Shown here piece after piece: positions 1 to 6,780 of a DNA stretch of 29,167 nucleotides. The DNA comes from a virus (taxonomy: Duplodnaviria > Caudoviricetes), in IMG/VR virus record IMGVR_UViG_3300007344_000166, positions 1-29,167 of that record; one strand, given 5' to 3'. The notes beneath the pieces were generated by a model that made no database searches, was not told the origin of the DNA, and saw nothing but the letters and a program-made list of their open reading frames with translations. Both the position numbers and the translations under genes were made by a program. Position 1 is the first letter of the stretch; every line of letters starts with the position of its first letter.

Positions 1-1
1 A

Positions 2-508
2 TTGGCCCTACCACTCAGACGATCTCTAATCATGGCCCTGAATCTCTCAGATCTCACCAGTCCCTCAACATCCGATGATGTTCTGAGCGACATCTACACG
101 ACCGCGGATCAGGGTGACGGGATCGCGCTGATGATCGACCTATCTGACAACGAAATCGACGCCACTCAATCGACGGCCCTTTACCAGCCTGTCGCCTACG
201 TCAACTCTGTCGATGGAACGTTCGCCAGATTCGACGGCATCGATGATCGAATGTCGTTTACCCTGGCGAGCCCGATCATAAACGGCACGGTATTTTTCGC
301 CACAAAAAATGGATGTCACTCCGCAGCGATCAATCTGGTGGCTGGAACGCATGATTTCACTGCGAACGAACTTTCCTCTGTCAGTTATGGATCTTCCAAC
401 GATCTTGTCGCACTTTACCTGTTCGACTATGCCGTGCCCGAAGCTCAAATTTCTCAACTGACATCCTACGTTGTCAGCAAAGGAGCGGCTGAAAACAGTT
501 CGCCCTAA
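2..508 (+). CDS. Putative tail-associated protein with LamG/concanavalin-like segment; start uncertain, possibly partial
   Basis: Segment IDLSDNEIDATQ..QP..FDGIDD resembles the D-S-GN..A-Q..P..FDGxDD pattern of phage tail lectin-like domains; lies at the end of the late gene run. Confidence 0.45.
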   Translation: MALPLRRSLIMALNLSDLTSPSTSDDVLSDIYTTADQGDGIALMIDLSDNEIDATQSTALYQPVAYVNSVDGTFARFDGIDDRMSFTLASPIINGTVFFATKNGCHSAAINLVAGTHDFTANELSSVSYGSSNDLVALYLFDYAVPEAQISQLTSYVVSKGAAENSSP

Positions 509-539
509 ATCGCCACGAATGGGAAACATACCACAAGCA

Positions 540-848
540 ATGGCAGAAACACACCGATATTTTAAATGCGAGGCAGCGACCTACACCCAACTCGCTGCCG
601 CGGTTGACCAGTCACGGGGCTACCCACATGGCGTCGGAACGAGAGCCGTGACGCTTCGGGGCCTGCCTCCGTTCGACGAGTTGGAGCTTGCCAACGATAA
701 CAGCGGGCGAGGACTCATCGCTATCGACAAGTGGCGATTCACACCCTCCGACGACGAGGAGATGCTCGCGCCAGCGATTCAGGCTGGGCTGATTGAAGAA
801 TTGACCAAAGAGGAGTTTGAGCAATTCACTTTCCCACTGACCCCATGA
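540..848 (+). CDS. Hypothetical phage protein, 102 aa (MAETHRYFKCE...)
   Basis: ATG at 540 within track ORF 471..848; its stop overlaps the next start (ATGA). Confidence 0.65.
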   Translation: MAETHRYFKCEAATYTQLAAAVDQSRGYPHGVGTRAVTLRGLPPFDELELANDNSGRGLIAIDKWRFTPSDDEEMLAPAIQAGLIEELTKEEFEQFTFPLTP

Positions 849-1150
849 GCGACACCACGATCCTTACCCTGGGCGGAACAATTTGCACCGCGTTGATAGG
901 CGCCATTGCCACGCTTTGGAGGGACCAGGTGCAGTCGAAGAAAAACGGAGAGCAACGCGAAGCCCGGGCCGAGGAGCGGTATCTCCGATGCGAAGAGCGT
1001 CACAACGAAACCCGGACGGATCTTCTCCGCGTGACCGAGGAGGTTGGCCAGCTCAAAGGCACGATCCACCTAGCCAGCGAGCTTGGCCCCAAGCTCGACC
1101 GCCTGGCCGAACGTCTCGAAAACCAGACTCCCCCCGACCGGCCAGCGTAA
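845..1150 (+). CDS. Holin-like membrane protein (one N-terminal TM helix plus coiled coil)
   Basis: Hydrophobic ILTLGGTICTALIGAIATLW followed by a charged heptad region; last gene before att. Confidence 0.5.
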   Translation: MSDTTILTLGGTICTALIGAIATLWRDQVQSKKNGEQREARAEERYLRCEERHNETRTDLLRVTEEVGQLKGTIHLASELGPKLDRLAERLENQTPPDRPA

Positions 1151-1209
1151 CCTCCGCCATAGATCCCGCCATACACCGCCGGGAAAAGGTTACCTTTTAT
1201 TACTCTCAG

Positions 1210-1233
1210 CGAGTTAAGTCCCGGTAAAGTTTC
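1210..1233 (+). repeat. Left arm-type repeat of att site
   Basis: cgagttaagtcccggtaaagtttc matches 1427..1450 at 22/24; built from tandem GTAAAGT-like motifs. Confidence 0.7.
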
Positions 1234-1268
1234 CCCCTCCAAAAAAACCCCAAATCCCCGTAAAGACT

Positions 1269-1327
1269 TGGTGGGCAGGGCTGGATTCGAACCAGCGTAC
1301 TCCGGAGAGAGCAGATTTACAGTCCGC
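1269..1327 (-). mobile_element. att core: 3' part of tRNA-Tyr(GTA), from anticodon stem to CCA
   Basis: Reverse complement GCGGA-CTGTAAA-TCTGC, long variable arm, GCTGG-TTCGAAT-CCAGC, CCTGCCC-A-CCA. The 5' acceptor strand and D arm are absent. It lies about 120 bp from the integrase 3' end. Confidence 0.9.
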
Positions 1328-1426
1328 AAAACGCTTTACCGATCTCCGTAAATCCATGAAAAACCTTGCAAAATCAAAGGTTTCAAATTTCCCGCGCCGC
1401 GAGATCCACGCACAAAGGCCACTTTT

Positions 1427-1450
1427 CGAGTAAAGTTCCGGTAAAGTTTC
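1427..1450 (+). repeat. Right arm-type repeat of att site
   Basis: cgagtaaagttccggtaaagtttc, direct repeat of 1210..1233, abutting the integrase stop. Confidence 0.7.
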
Positions 1451-2702
1451 ACGCCCTCAAACGCACCACCTGATCCCCGAGAAGATCCGCCGGACGGAGC
1501 GCGAAATATTCCTCGCCTTCACTCCGCGGCCGGGGCTGGTGATAATGCGCGTGCATCATCTTCGGGCTCGTCCCCATTTCCTCCGCCACTTGCGCGATAT
1601 TCCGCACCAGCGCATTTCGGTGGCTCCCGTAGGTATGCCGCAGCCAATCATGCGGCCAGCCTTCCTCCCGCCCGAATTCCTCATCCATGGCCCTACCAAG
1701 CCGGACCGTCTCCCGAGCTTGCGCCATGCTCATCGTGGCCACCGGGAAAAATTGATCCGGCTCCCATCCCGCCCACTTCAACCACGCCCGCAGACAATCC
1801 GAAATCGGAATAACATGAGCAAAGGTTTTTGAAACCTCCCGCGAAACGTAAATTACCCCGTCCTCGAGGGAAATGGCCGACCGACACAAACCCACCTTGC
1901 CCCTCCGCGAATCCGGCGCAGTTTGCTCCGGACGCATCCCCGCAAAAAGCCCCAGCACCACCGGCAACCGCCATTCCTCTCTCACATTCCGCAGGAGCCA
2001 AAGCGTTTCCGCTATTGTCGCAATCCGGATTTCCTTTTCCTCCGGCGCTTTCCTGCGGAGCCTCGACGCCACCGCCGCTTGTTCCGTTGTCAGATAATCC
2101 CGGGCCCCGGCCCAATTCCACAGCGCCACCGCCGCTGCCCTGATGTTATTCCTCCGGCTGGCACTCAGCCCCGAGACTTTCGCCTCAAACCACTTTTCCA
2201 ACTCCCTGGTCGAAATCGTCGCCATCGCCACTCCCGGGAATGCCGCCGCCAAATTCTCGAGAATCGCCCGCACCTGGCGCAGGTGCGACGTCTGCCCCTT
2301 CTCGCTTTCCTTCTCCGCCAAATACTCCTCGACCATCTCCGCCAGCTTGGAGCCCCGCCGCCGGTCTTCCACCACCCGCAGCACCTCCCGCAATTCCTCG
2401 ACCGACTCCACCCGCTTTGCCAGCTCCACCACAATCGCCCGCTGTTCCCCCGTGATGCGCCCGAGAAACTCCTCCCCGGCCGCCAAATCTCTCAAATATT
2501 CTTTCGCCGCCTTCGTTGCCTCCGCTTTCGCCACCCGCGTGACCGCCTTCCCATTGGCTTTGAATTGCCAACCCTCGCCGCCTCCCCAGCGCACCCGATA
2601 AACCACTACCGAGAACCGACCCCGACCGACCCGGAACGACTCCGCTTTCATGTCGGAAGTGAATAACTCCCCGCCTTTTGAGTCAATTCCCTTGTTTTTC
2701 AT
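1449..2702 (-). CDS. int: Tyrosine recombinase (phage integrase)
   Basis: Catalytic pattern GLFAGMRPEQ (R), SKT (K), HDWLRH, EMGTS..MMHAHY (Y); adjacent to a tRNA-derived att core. Start could also be 2651. Confidence 0.92.
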   Translation of the reverse strand: MKNKGIDSKGGELFTSDMKAESFRVGRGRFSVVVYRVRWGGGEGWQFKANGKAVTRVAKAEATKAAKEYLRDLAAGEEFLGRITGEQRAIVVELAKRVESVEELREVLRVVEDRRRGSKLAEMVEEYLAEKESEKGQTSHLRQVRAILENLAAAFPGVAMATISTRELEKWFEAKVSGLSASRRNNIRAAAVALWNWAGARDYLTTEQAAVASRLRRKAPEEKEIRIATIAETLWLLRNVREEWRLPVVLGLFAGMRPEQTAPDSRRGKVGLCRSAISLEDGVIYVSREVSKTFAHVIPISDCLRAWLKWAGWEPDQFFPVATMSMAQARETVRLGRAMDEEFGREEGWPHDWLRHTYGSHRNALVRNIAQVAEEMGTSPKMMHAHYHQPRPRSEGEEYFALRPADLLGDQVVRLRA

Positions 2703-2728
2703 TCACTTTTCCACAGTCTACCAAGGTC

Positions 2729-3004
2729 ATGGGAGCGCAGGACCGCCGCGAATACTTCCGCCGGCGCCGTCAAAAGTTACAAACCGACGAGCAATGGAAA
2801 ACACAGGAGGCTGAACGGAAGGCCGCCTGGTATCGCCGCACCCATAATCCAAAGCCCAAACTGTCCGAGACTGAGAAACAAGAGCGCCGCCGCCAGTATG
2901 ACCGGGAGCGCCGCGCCCGCCTCGCCCAAGATCCGGAATGGCTCGAGGCCGAACGCAAACGGCGCCGCGAATCCTATCACCGCAACAAACATTCACCCCC
3001 ATGA
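2729..3004 (+). CDS. Basic helical protein with two internal repeats, 91 aa
   Basis: ATG at 2729; RREYFRRRRQKLQTDEQW and RRQYDRERRARLAQDPEW; ATGA overlap with next gene. Confidence 0.6.
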   Translation: MGAQDRREYFRRRRQKLQTDEQWKTQEAERKAAWYRRTHNPKPKLSETEKQERRRQYDRERRARLAQDPEWLEAERKRRRESYHRNKHSPP

Positions 3005-3174
3005 ACACCTTCAAACTTTGCAGCATCGCCACCGCCATCCTGGTGCTTTCCTCTCTTGGCTTGTTCATCCTCGCCATGCGTGCCCACGCGCCCACCGCCA
3101 GCGTGCTTTCATTCTTCGCTCTCATGTCGTTTGCCTTTCTGTCTTACGTCCACGACCGCCGAACAAACCGGTAG
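3001..3174 (+). CDS. Small two-TM membrane protein, 57 aa
   Basis: Two hydrophobic stretches with a basic tail; ATGA-coupled to the previous gene. Confidence 0.55.
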   Translation: MNTFKLCSIATAILVLSSLGLFILAMRAHAPTASVLSFFALMSFAFLSYVHDRRTNR

Positions 3175-3199
3175 CCAAACAGGTCGCTCACGCCAACCG

Positions 3200-3609
3200 G
3201 CTACGCCGGCGGGTGATCTTGGCTGTTCACCCTAAATCATCGACGCATAGGCCGTTCTTTTCTAACAGCTTGTTGATCTGGGCAACCGCCCGCCTTTTCT
3301 TAAAATACTCGACTGCCTCTTCGACCCATTCCTCCAAATGGTCGTCAAAATTCGAATGATCTTCTGGCACAAACTCCCACAACAAAGCCTCATCGACAAG
3401 CGCGCGCCAGTGAAGCCCATCACTAACGCCGCACCATCCTTCGCTTTCGATTTCTGGCAACCCGTGATCGGTTACAATCTTTTCGATCACCACCAAAAGC
3501 TCTCCAACCGCTTTGTGTAGCAACGCGCCACTTTTCAACTCTTCACTCATTGCTTTCATCCTCCTCATTCTCACCGACCCGCTACGCCATCGGGTGATCT
3601 TGGCTGTTC
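3200..3609. repeat. Pair of 29-bp direct repeats (3200..3228 and 3581..3609) bracketing one gene
   Basis: gctacgcc(gg/at)cgggtgatcttggctgttc, 27/29 identical. Confidence 0.85.
3227..3550 (-). CDS. Acidic hypothetical protein, 107 aa (MSEELKSG...)
   Basis: ATG at 3550 preceded by GAGGAGG; downstream of the repressor-like gene on the same strand. Confidence 0.65.
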   Translation of the reverse strand: MSEELKSGALLHKAVGELLVVIEKIVTDHGLPEIESEGWCGVSDGLHWRALVDEALLWEFVPEDHSNFDDHLEEWVEEAVEYFKKRRAVAQINKLLEKNGLCVDDLG

Positions 3610-3893
3610 TCGATCTCTTTCTCATTCGCAAGGCCGCCGCTGCTTTCCATGTCGTAAACCCGCCCCTCGCCGTTCTTCTCCGGCGCTTTGATTTCCTCCA
3701 CAAGGAAATCCCGCAGGCCAACCAGCCCGATCTTTTTCATCGCCTTGAGTCCGGCCGCTACTGACAGCCGAATCACATCCTGCTTGGAAATCTGAAACTC
3801 CTCAGCAACCGAGGCGATTTCCTCATTTTGCTCAGGAGTAAAACGCACGGCCACCGGAGCAGTCCCGGGCCGAGTCTGATTCTTTTTTGCCAT
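3582..3893 (-). CDS. Ribbon-helix-helix (CopG/Arc-like) regulator, repressor position
   Basis: PVAVRFTPEQNEEIASVAEEFQISKQDVIRLSV fits strand-helix-helix RHH pattern. Confidence 0.72.
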   Translation of the reverse strand: MAKKNQTRPGTAPVAVRFTPEQNEEIASVAEEFQISKQDVIRLSVAAGLKAMKKIGLVGLRDFLVEEIKAPEKNGEGRVYDMESSGGLANEKEIENSQDHPMA

Positions 3894-3973
3894 GCCCAAA
3901 TTTTACCGGTATCAAAAAAAAATACAATTCTTTTTTGACACCTTTGTATGACTGGGATATACACGCCTCAACC
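3894..3973. promoter_or_regulatory. Divergent promoter/operator region
   Basis: AT-rich. Rightward TTGACA(3935-3940)-17-TATACA; leftward TTGTAT(3927-3922)-16-TAAAAT(3905-3900). Inverted repeats ggtatcaaaaaa/ttttttgacacc and atacaa/ttgtat. Confidence 0.7.
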
Positions 3974-4135
3974 ATGAGCACTCCAACCGAGAACCACCCC
4001 CAGGCCGTCCGCCTCGATGACGAGGCCCGCCGAGAAATCGAACGCCTCGCCAAAAAACTTGGCGTTTCCAAGTCCGCCCTCATCCGCATGGCCCTTGCCA
4101 AAGGCCTGCCCAAAGTCCGAGCCGCCTTCGCCTGA
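3974..4135 (+). CDS. Ribbon-helix-helix regulator, Cro position, 53 aa
   Basis: QAVRLDDEARREIERLAKKLGVSKSALIRMAL is a typical CopG-type RHH. Confidence 0.82.
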   Translation: MSTPTENHPQAVRLDDEARREIERLAKKLGVSKSALIRMALAKGLPKVRAAFA

Positions 4136-4136
4136 T

Positions 4137-4310
4137 ATGATGACCACGGAACAGATCGTCGCCCACTACCCCACGGCCCTCCTCGAGCAGATCCTCGCCG
4201 ATATCGGCCAGCGCAATCTCCGCGACTACCGCGACAACGAAACCCGCTGGCTTGCCGAGCGCGCCTCCGCCGTCCGCAAAGAACTCCGCCGCCGAAAAGC
4301 AAAATCATGA
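4137..4310 (+). CDS. Hypothetical protein, 57 aa
   Basis: Fills the gap between RHH gene and next gene; ATGA overlap. Confidence 0.6.
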   Translation: MMTTEQIVAHYPTALLEQILADIGQRNLRDYRDNETRWLAERASAVRKELRRRKAKS

Positions 4311-4615
4311 ACTCGGACATCCTCGACCGCGTCGCGGAAAATCCGCGCATTCTCCGCAACCTGGGCATCACCCGGGCCGACGTCCTCGCCGCCATCGAAA
4401 AAGCATTCCTCCAGGCTTACCGGGAGGAGCCGCACAAGCTCGACGAAGTCACCTGCCTGCCCCTCCAGACCGCCGCCGCCCTTTCCGGCATGTCCCGGCA
4501 CGAGATCACCCGCGAGGCCCACCTTGTTTCCCCCGGCCCTCAAAAGCGCCTTCGCATCACCCGGGCCGAACTCCGCCGCCTCATCGAGTCCCGACTCACC
4601 CCGCCCGACGCATGA
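4307..4615 (+). CDS. Excisionase-like HTH protein
   Basis: LPLQTAAALSGMSRHEI...RLRITRAELRRLIE resembles the Xis/MerR-type HTH pattern. Confidence 0.55.
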   Translation: MNSDILDRVAENPRILRNLGITRADVLAAIEKAFLQAYREEPHKLDEVTCLPLQTAAALSGMSRHEITREAHLVSPGPQKRLRITRAELRRLIESRLTPPDA

Positions 4616-4821
4616 GCATCGACGAGCCAAAAATCAAAATCTCCTTTCTCGGGGGTCCCCTATGCGGAGCCACCGGCGCTTACTCCGCCACCGTCAGGGA
4701 AACCGGAGTCGCCATCCTTTCCGGATGTTACCTCGCCACTCACACCACCGACAGCGCGGGCATTCACGTTTTCAAATTCCACCACTGGCCCACCACCCCG
4801 CCAGACAATCCCCTCCCATGA
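4612..4821 (+). CDS. Hypothetical protein, 69 aa (FLGGPLCG motif)
   Basis: ATGA overlaps at both ends. Confidence 0.65.
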   Translation: MSIDEPKIKISFLGGPLCGATGAYSATVRETGVAILSGCYLATHTTDSAGIHVFKFHHWPTTPPDNPLP

Positions 4822-5030
4822 GCACCCACCGCCAGGACCGCCCGGGAAACCTCGCCCGTTGCATCGCCCACCTCTGCCCCCAGCGCACCAAATGCCACCG
4901 CTACGCCCTCGCCCAGACCGAGCCCCCAGTCCCCAAGGACCGGCACGACCGCGCCGCCGTCACCGTCTACACCATCTTCCGCGATAAACGCGGCCATTGC
5001 CGCCATCAAATCCCCATCCCTCAACCATGA
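4818..5030 (+). CDS. Small Cys-rich phage protein, 70 aa
   Basis: C-x4-CP-x4-C-x-RY...C pattern; ATGA overlaps at both ends. Confidence 0.65.
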   Translation: MSTHRQDRPGNLARCIAHLCPQRTKCHRYALAQTEPPVPKDRHDRAAVTVYTIFRDKRGHCRHQIPIPQP

Positions 5031-5176
5031 CCCTACAAGAAGCCATCGACATCCTCGACGCGCACCAGAAATGGCGACGCGACCTCACCGACGAGCACCC
5101 CGCCACCGACCCCAAAACCCTGGGCATCGCCATCGACACCATCCTCAACCACTTCCAATCCAACCCTCCAAAATGA
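5027..5176 (+). CDS. Hypothetical protein, 49 aa (MTLQEAIDILDAHQKWRR...), below ORF track cutoff
   Basis: Open frame translated by hand; ATGA overlaps at both ends. Confidence 0.7.
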   Translation: MTLQEAIDILDAHQKWRRDLTDEHPATDPKTLGIAIDTILNHFQSNPPK

Positions 5177-5337
5177 ACGCCCCCAAATTCTTCGCCTTCT
5201 TCCTCGCCGCCATCCTCTTCGGCTTTATGGCCGCCATCCTCATGCACGATGGCTGGTTCGTCCCTTCCTCCATTCTCTTCGGCTGGACCTGTTTTTTCAC
5301 CGCCCACGCTTGCAACTCCCTGTTCCCCGCTCCCTGA
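5173..5337 (+). CDS. Small two-TM membrane protein, 54 aa
   Basis: Phe/Ala/Leu-rich hydrophobic ORF; ATGA-coupled. Confidence 0.6.
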   Translation: MNAPKFFAFFLAAILFGFMAAILMHDGWFVPSSILFGWTCFFTAHACNSLFPAP

Positions 5338-5338
5338 C

Positions 5339-5908
5339 ATGCCCACTCACCTCATGGTCGACCTCGAAACCCTCGGGACCGCACCCACCGCCATACCCAT
5401 CCAAATCGGGGCCGTTTTTTTCGACGACAATTTCAAAATCACCGGCCATTTTTTCATCGAGCCGGACATTGCCGACGCCGCCCGCTCCGGTCTCACGACT
5501 GAAACCGACACAATCGCTTGGTGGATGAAGCGCGGAAGCCTCACTCAGGGGGAAACGCACCCCCTGAAATGCTCTCTCTCGCTTTTCAAATCCATGCTCG
5601 AAGTGGCCGCCAACTACGGCAAAGGCAAAAAAGCCCGCGACCCGATCCGCTCCTTTTGGGCATGGGGGATCGACTTCGACGTACCCATCCTCCGCAATGC
5701 CTTCCGCGCCGTCGACCTCGAATTCCCTTGGCCCTATTGGCTCACCCGAGACGCGCGCACCATTCACTCCCTCGCCTTCCCCGACTACCGGCCCGCCCGG
5801 GGCGAAGTGCAGCACAACGCCCTCGAGGACGCCCGCGACCAAGTCGCCAAGCTCGAAGCCGCATTCAAGACCCTTGGCATGTCTCTTTCGAATTCCCCAC
5901 AACAATGA
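5339..5908 (+). CDS. DEDDh 3'-5' exonuclease (Rv2179c/ExoVIII-N-like)
   Basis: HLMVDLETLG (ExoI), WGIDFDVPIL (ExoII), HNALEDA (ExoIII). Confidence 0.88.
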   Translation: MPTHLMVDLETLGTAPTAIPIQIGAVFFDDNFKITGHFFIEPDIADAARSGLTTETDTIAWWMKRGSLTQGETHPLKCSLSLFKSMLEVAANYGKGKKARDPIRSFWAWGIDFDVPILRNAFRAVDLEFPWPYWLTRDARTIHSLAFPDYRPARGEVQHNALEDARDQVAKLEAAFKTLGMSLSNSPQQ

Positions 5909-5972
5909 ACACCACAGCAAAACCAAAACCATACCGGCACCTCCTCTTCGCAGCCTTCCTCCCCACAAACCC

Positions 5973-6215
5973 ATGAGCATTGCCGATTTCGCCGAGATCC
6001 GCCACCAAGTAAACCTACTCGCCCGAGCCAAGGCCGAACGCGAGCGCGACGCCCTCGCCGACGAGCGCAACGCCCTCGCCGACGAGCGCGACGCCCTCCT
6101 CGACGAGCTCGAGGAGGCCCGCGACACGATTGAAACCCTGGTGGAAAAAAAACGCGACCTAAATTCACAAATCGTGGCCCTTCGAACCACCATTAAAATC
6201 CTCAAAGCTCCATGA
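5973..6215 (+). CDS. Coiled-coil protein, 80 aa
   Basis: Heptad repeats ERDALAD/ERNALAD/ERDALLD; ATGA overlaps. Confidence 0.7.
   Translation: MSIADFAEIRHQVNLLARAKAERERDALADERNALADERDALLDELEEARDTIETLVEKKRDLNSQIVALRTTIKILKAP
6042..6104 (+). repeat. 3 x 21-bp tandem repeat
   Basis: gagcgcgacgccctcgccgac-like unit repeated three times in frame. Confidence 0.9.
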
Positions 6216-6562
6216 CTGAAAGCCCGGAATTCAACGCCCTTCTCAACTTCCGACGTCTCCGCGACGCGAAGTTAAACACGATTTACCAAATGATCATCCT
6301 CCTCGCCATCAAGCTCGATCCCGAGATCACCACGACGGACCTTGCCAAAAGCCTCAATTCCTCCCGGGCCGGTGCCAGCCACCAAACCCACCATCTACGG
6401 AAGAAAGGTTTTCTCGACTGGCGCCCTCGCACCGAGGACGAGGCCAGACGCCAACGCTACGGCCGCACGCACACCCGACGTTATTTCCTCACCGAGACCG
6501 GCGAGGCCCTGGTCTCGTTCGCCGCCCAAATTCCCTTTCCTCCCGACGCCGTGACCCCATGA
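6212..6562 (+). CDS. MarR-like winged-helix DNA-binding protein
   Basis: ITTTDLAKSLNSSRAGASHQTHHLRKKGFL...YFLTETG. Confidence 0.78.
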   Translation: MTESPEFNALLNFRRLRDAKLNTIYQMIILLAIKLDPEITTTDLAKSLNSSRAGASHQTHHLRKKGFLDWRPRTEDEARRQRYGRTHTRRYFLTETGEALVSFAAQIPFPPDAVTP

Positions 6563-6780
6563 AATTCCTTTCCTTATGCTCCGTCCGCCGCCTCACTCCT
6601 CGCGAATGCGAGCGCCTTCAGGGATTCCCCGACGACCACACGCTCATCCCTTGGCGCGGAAAGCCCGCCGAGAATTGTCCCGATGGGCCCCGCTACAAAG
6701 CCCTTGGAAACTCGATGGCCGTCCCCGTTATGGCGTGGATTGGCCAGCGAATCGAAACCATCTCGAAGCTCCTCCCATGA
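6559..6780 (+). pseudogene. Internally deleted DNA cytosine-5 methyltransferase remnant
   Basis: Start of motif I (MKFLSLCS) joined directly to motifs IX-X (RRLTPRECERLQGFPD...RYKALGNSMAVPV); catalytic PCQ and ENV absent. Confidence 0.82.

Noticed and set aside
1269-1360. Complete tRNA-Tyr gene
   Set aside because: No 5' acceptor strand (GGGCAGG) or D arm upstream of the anticodon stem; it is an att core.
3200-3609. CRISPR array
   Set aside because: Only two repeats, about 350 bp apart, with a gene between them; no cas genes.
6559-6780. Functional DNA methyltransferase or R-M system
   Set aside because: Catalytic motifs are missing and no restriction nuclease is evident.
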